In this document: positions 37,609 to 39,800 of the stretch, piece after piece
Position numbering within the stretch: position 1 is the stretch's first letter
Layout: each line of letters opens with the position of its first letter
From: Macrostomum lignano
Lineage: Eukaryota
Assembly: GCA_002269645.1 (NCBI GenBank)
Contig: NIVC01001084.1
Coordinates: forward strand, 1-39,800
Direction: 5' to 3'
Length of the DNA stretch: 39,800 nucleotides
Translations under genes and position numbers: made by a program
The notes under the pieces: model-generated
Database searches by the model: none
Told to the model about the DNA's origin: nothing
Seen by the model: the letters and a program-made list of their open reading frames with translations, nothing else

Positions 37609-39800
37609 CAACAGAAATTTTTAATGGTCCTTGATCAGCAACCTTGCACGATGTTTTTGAACAATTTGATGACCCAAGCTTGGCGCCTCATTTTTGTACT
37701 AATATTTATGTGTTTTGCTGTGTGCCCAACTTACCCGAATGAGTTAAATTATTAATTTAATATTGCGCAGACTCTGCTAAAACGCATGGAAAGTTGGCAA
37801 GAGAACAGCGCAACAAGTGGCGTTCAAACTCGTAGAAGAAATTTTAATATTAGCGGCGGCAACGGTCGGGCAGCCTCCGTCATCCTGTCGACCGACCAAT
37901 CTGGTGGCAGTTCTTTTAGCCAGTTGAAGAGGCACTTCTCTGCCGGAAAGGTTTGACACTGCCGTTATCTGTTGTGAGACTGGTCGGTGTTGTCGCTGAA
38001 AGATTAGGAGGTCACTAAAGGATCGGGGGAGGTCACTGAAGAATCTGGGAGGGTCACTAAAGGATCGGGAGAGGGTCACTAAAGGATCGGGGGAGGTCAC
38101 TGAAGGATCTGAGAGGGTCACTAAAGGATCAGGAGAGGTCACTGAAGGATCTGAGAGGGTCACTAAAGGATCAGGGAGGTCACTGAAGGATCTGAGAGGG
38201 TCACTAAAGGATCGGCGGAGGTCACTGAAGGATCTGAGAGGGTCACTGAAAGATCGGGGAGGGTCACTGAAAGATCGGAGAGGGTCACTGAATGATCGAG
38301 AGGGTCACTGAAAGATCGGGAGGGTCACTGAAAGATCGGAGAGGGTCACTGAAAGATCGGGAGGTCACTGAAAGATCGGAGAGGGTCACTGAAAGATCGG
38401 AGAGGGTCACTGAAAGATCGGGGAGGGTCACTAAAAGATCGGGGAGGGTCACTGAAAGATCGGGAGGGTCACTGAAAGATCGGGAAGGGTCACTGAAAGA
38501 TCGGAAGGGTCACTGAAAGATCGGGGAGGGTCACTGAAAGATCGGAAGGGTCACTGAAAGATCGGAGAGGGTCACTGAAAGATCGGGGAGGTCACTGAAA
38601 GATCGGAGAGGGTCACTGAAAGATCGGAGAGGGTCACTGAAAGATCGGGAGGGTCACTGAATGATCGGGAGGGTCACTGAAAGATTGGGAAGGGTCACTG
38701 AAAGATCGGGAAGGGTCACTGAAAGATCGGAGAAAGTCACTGAATGATCGGGAGGGTCACTGAAAGATCGGGGAGCGTCACTAAAAGATCGGGAAGGGTC
38801 ACTGAAGGATCGGAGAGGAACTTTTACCTGTGTTAAAGATCGTGAAATTTATTTAAAGTTTTCCGCATGATTTAAATTAATAAGCCATGCTCAGCTGCAG
38901 ATGCATGCAGTAAAGATTAATTTGTTGTTTGCTTTTTTCGCGTGAACGTGTCTTTTAGAAGTGCCATATTGGGATTGAGCGATTCGATAGAAAGCTGTGA
39001 CAGTACAGCAATGTTGTGACAGTACAGCAGTGCGATGGCAGTTCAGCAATGTGATGACAGTACAGAAATGAGGTGACAGTACAGCAGTGTGATGATGACA
39101 GTACAGCAGTGTGTTGATTACAGTACAGCAGTGTGATGATGACAGTACAGCAGTGTGATGATGACAGTACAGCAGTGTGATGATGACAGTACAGCAGTGT
39201 GATGATGACAGTACAGCAGTGTGATGATGGCGGTACAGCAGTGTGATGATGACAGTACAGCAGTGTGATGATGACAGTATAGCAGTGTGATGATGACAGT
39301 ACAGCAGTGTGATGACAGCGCAGACATACAGCAGTGTAATGATGACAGTACAGCAGTGTGATGATGACAGTACAGCAGTGTGATGACAGCACAGACATAC
39401 AGCAGTGTAATGATGACAGTACAGCAGTGTGATGATGACAGTACAGCAGTGTGATGACAGCACAGACATACAGCAGTGTAATGATGACAGTACAGCAGTG
39501 TGATGATGACAGTACAGCATGTGATGACAGCACAGACATACAGCAGTGTAATGATGACAGTACAGCAGTGTGATGATGACAGTACAGCAGTGTGATGACA
39601 GCACAGACATACAGCAGTGTGACTCTCCTGTCAACCCACAGACGGACACTGACAAGAACGCCAAAGGTGCAGGAGCCGCAGCCCCAGCCGCAGCCGAAGC
39701 CGTCAACCGTCTCCCAGTTCCCAGCATCGTGGCCGAACCGAGCCAGCGAACGAGAAGACCGTCGATGCCGTCGGAGGCTCCTGCGGATCGACGCGTGTCG
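18103..39800 (+). CDS. PPP1R12A: Myosin phosphatase targeting subunit / PP1 regulatory subunit 12 homolog (MYPT1-like), multi-exon, 3' end beyond the window. Exons: 18103-18360, 20027-20182, 21757-22152, 25521-25595, 25689-25768, 34120-34667, 36289-36321, 37771-37950, 39642->39800
   Basis: The spliced translation follows human MYPT1 collinearly: KRREQLTAW (cf. KRNEQLKRW), RVKF (cf. KVKF), [13 protein letters not shown]|[57 protein letters not shown]. All junctions are GT-AG and phase-compatible once 2 nt are restored in exon 6. Probably co-orthologous to PPP1R12A/B/C. Confidence 0.93.
20027..20182 (+). CDS. PPP1R12A: MYPT exon 2 (ankyrin repeats)
   Basis: ttttag|GCA TGC ATT GAC...GCT AAG|gtaaga; 156 nt; [52 protein letters not shown]. 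Not in the ORF track. Confidence 0.95.
20265..21725. repeat. 36-bp minisatellite in MYPT intron 2 (CTTGACCCAGATCAAATGACTCACGCAGACAGTCAC)
   Basis: About 40 units; translates as [12 protein letters not shown] repeats in frame with exon 3. Confidence 0.97.
21757..22152 (+). CDS. PPP1R12A: MYPT exon 3 (ankyrin repeats)
   Basis: ccccag|GTG GGC...CAC GCG|gtgaga; 396 nt; [16 protein letters not shown]...DARAWLKEG...[10 protein letters not shown]...[36 protein letters not shown]. Confidence 0.95.
22345..22615. repeat. 20-bp minisatellite (AATTATCTCAGACCCTCTGT)
   Basis: About 13 units. Confidence 0.95.
23330..24135. repeat. 142-bp higher-order repeat built from a TGTC/TTAG microsatellite
   Basis: Near-identical ORFs start at 23472, 23756 and 23898 (offsets 284 and 142); about 5.6 units ending in pure (TGTC)n. 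Confidence 0.9.
24495..25380. repeat. 22-bp minisatellite (TCCAATCCAGATTCAGTGACTT)
   Basis: About 40 units. Confidence 0.97.
25521..25595 (+). CDS. PPP1R12A: MYPT exon 4 (end of ankyrin region)
   Basis: tttcag|AAT CAA...AAA GAG|gtcagt; 75 nt; [25 protein letters not shown] matches MYPT1 GQTAFDVADEDILGYLEELQKKQNL. Confidence 0.93.
25689..25768 (+). CDS. PPP1R12A: MYPT exon 5
   Basis: tttgtag|CTA ATG...AGG CG|gtgagt; [26 protein letters not shown](R); phase 0 to phase 2. Confidence 0.85.
25885..27640. repeat. 34-bp minisatellite (ATCATCCATCTGTACTTCAATCTAAATTGTGTTT)
   Basis: About 51 units; the longest single-unit array in the window. Confidence 0.97.
27996..28850 (+). mobile_element. Non-autonomous hAT (Charlie-like) element, copy 1, with internal AG-rich satellite
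   Basis: Left end CAAGGGTCGGCAAAAC and right end GTTTGCCTACCTCTG are imperfect TIRs of the CAGGGGTCGGCAAAC type. ~75 bp of left subterminal and ~35 bp of right subterminal sequence are shared with copy 2. No clean 8-bp TSD. Confidence 0.65.
28070..28800. repeat. 21-bp purine-rich minisatellite (GAGATTGAAGAGAAGAGAGGA) decaying into AG-rich sequence
   Basis: Source of the EIEEKRG ORF; lies inside hAT copy 1. Confidence 0.92.
28948..29049 (+). CDS. Possible alternative cassette exon in MYPT intron 5 (102 nt, symmetric phase 2-2)
   Basis: gtgttttcag|T CCA AGT...AAA TT|gttagt; open in the MYPT frame ([34 protein letters not shown]). No homology support. Confidence 0.3.
29215..31110. repeat. Three abutting 16-bp-based arrays: GAGATGGAGACAGGGT (48-bp higher order), ATTGAGATAGTGTGAT and GAGATGCAGACAGGGT
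   Basis: Block borders near 29760 and 30660; all three share a GAGAT core. Confidence 0.95.
31546..32943 (-). mobile_element. Non-autonomous hAT (Charlie-like) element, copy 2, inverted, with internal CT-rich satellite
   Basis: CAGGGGTTGGCAAAGTCTGGCTCG at 31546 and TTTGCCGACCCCGTG ending at 32943. The minus-strand end GGGGTCGGCAAACCTTTTTTACTT..AGATAGAGAATCTAGCGCATGACTGCGGGCCAC aligns with 27999-28065. Confidence 0.7.
31660..32870. repeat. Polypyrimidine (CT-rich) satellite
   Basis: CTCTTCTCTCTCCTCTCCTCTCCG-type units; lies inside hAT copy 2. Confidence 0.95.
33735..34016 (-). mobile_element. tRNA-derived CORE-SINE, full-length copy
   Basis: Minus strand: A box TGGCCTAGTGG, B box GGTTCGATTCC, then GTGACCTTGAGCAAGACACTTAACTCTGCATTGCTTCAGTTTACCCAGCTGTAAAATGGG, which matches the MIR/CORE central domain. 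The body is nearly collinear with the copy at ~985-1285. Confidence 0.85.
34120..34667 (+). CDS. PPP1R12A: MYPT exon 6 (Ser/Pro/Ala/Glu-rich disordered region) with an apparent internal 2-nt deficit
   Basis: cccatag|G AGT TCC joins exon 5 to give [33 protein letters not shown]...; ends ...TPSTSVK|gtgagc. The sensible frame switches at ~34476-34494; 548 nt plus 2 nt restores a phase-0 end. Confidence 0.8.
34825..36175. repeat. 24-bp minisatellite with three successive variants (CCCTAGACTATTCCATAAACATCG, then ...CACAGAAGTCG, then a 51-bp dimer)
   Basis: Variant switches near 35550 and 35880. Confidence 0.95.
36289..36321 (+). CDS. PPP1R12A: MYPT exon 7 (33-nt microexon, [11 protein letters not shown])
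   Basis: aatttcag|GAT GCA...GAT ATC|gtgagt; phase 0-0; the only good splice pair between two satellite blocks. Confidence 0.65.
36590..37610. repeat. (TCTG)n/(TG)n microsatellite, about 1 kb
   Basis: Source of the three VCLS ORFs. Confidence 0.97.
37771..37950 (+). CDS. PPP1R12A: MYPT exon 8
   Basis: ttgcgcag|ACT CTG...GGA AAG|gtttga; 180 nt open, phase 0-0; [30 protein letters not shown]...LKRHFSAGK. Confidence 0.65.
38005..38820. repeat. 20/21-bp minisatellite (GAGGGTCACTGAAAGATCGG)
   Basis: About 39 units. Confidence 0.95.
38995..39620. repeat. 22-bp minisatellite (GACAGTACAGCAGTGTGATGAT)
   Basis: About 28 units ending right at the polypyrimidine tract of exon 9. Confidence 0.95.
39642..39800 (+). 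CDS. PPP1R12A: MYPT exon 9 (truncated by window end)
   Basis: ctcctgtcaacccacag|ACG GAC ACT...; GC-rich and open in phase 0 to the window end: [53 protein letters not shown]. Confidence 0.7.

Noticed and set aside
36583-37755. VCLS-repeat ORFs that look like cysteine-rich proteins
   Set aside because: (TCTG)n microsatellite, open in all three frames.
38891-39727. His/Cys-rich minus-strand ORFs resembling metal-binding proteins
   Set aside because: 22-bp satellite translations.

Overview
Eukaryotic (invertebrate metazoan) genomic DNA; the host taxon cannot be fixed from sequence alone, and a free-living flatworm such as Macrostomum is only a guess from overall style. The right half (18.1 kb to the window end, + strand) holds the 5' part of a myosin phosphatase targeting subunit gene (MYPT1/PPP1R12 family; Drosophila Mbs, C. 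elegans mel-11). It has 9 phase-compatible GT-AG exons encoding the MyPhoNE-like motif, the RVKF PP1-docking motif, the ankyrin repeats and a disordered middle region. The left end holds exons of an unidentified minus-strand gene encoding a low-complexity protein, with a perfect RFX X-box palindrome upstream of its mapped exons. About 45% of the window (hand estimate) is tandem repeat, in roughly two dozen distinct arrays (units 4-142 bp) lying in nearly every intron and intergenic gap. There are also three copies of a tRNA-derived CORE-SINE and two inverted copies of a Charlie/hAT-like non-autonomous element whose interiors are expanded purine-rich satellites. Most long ORFs in the supplied track are repeat translations. 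Several real exons show apparent 1-nt deletions at G/C runs, most likely long-read assembly errors.
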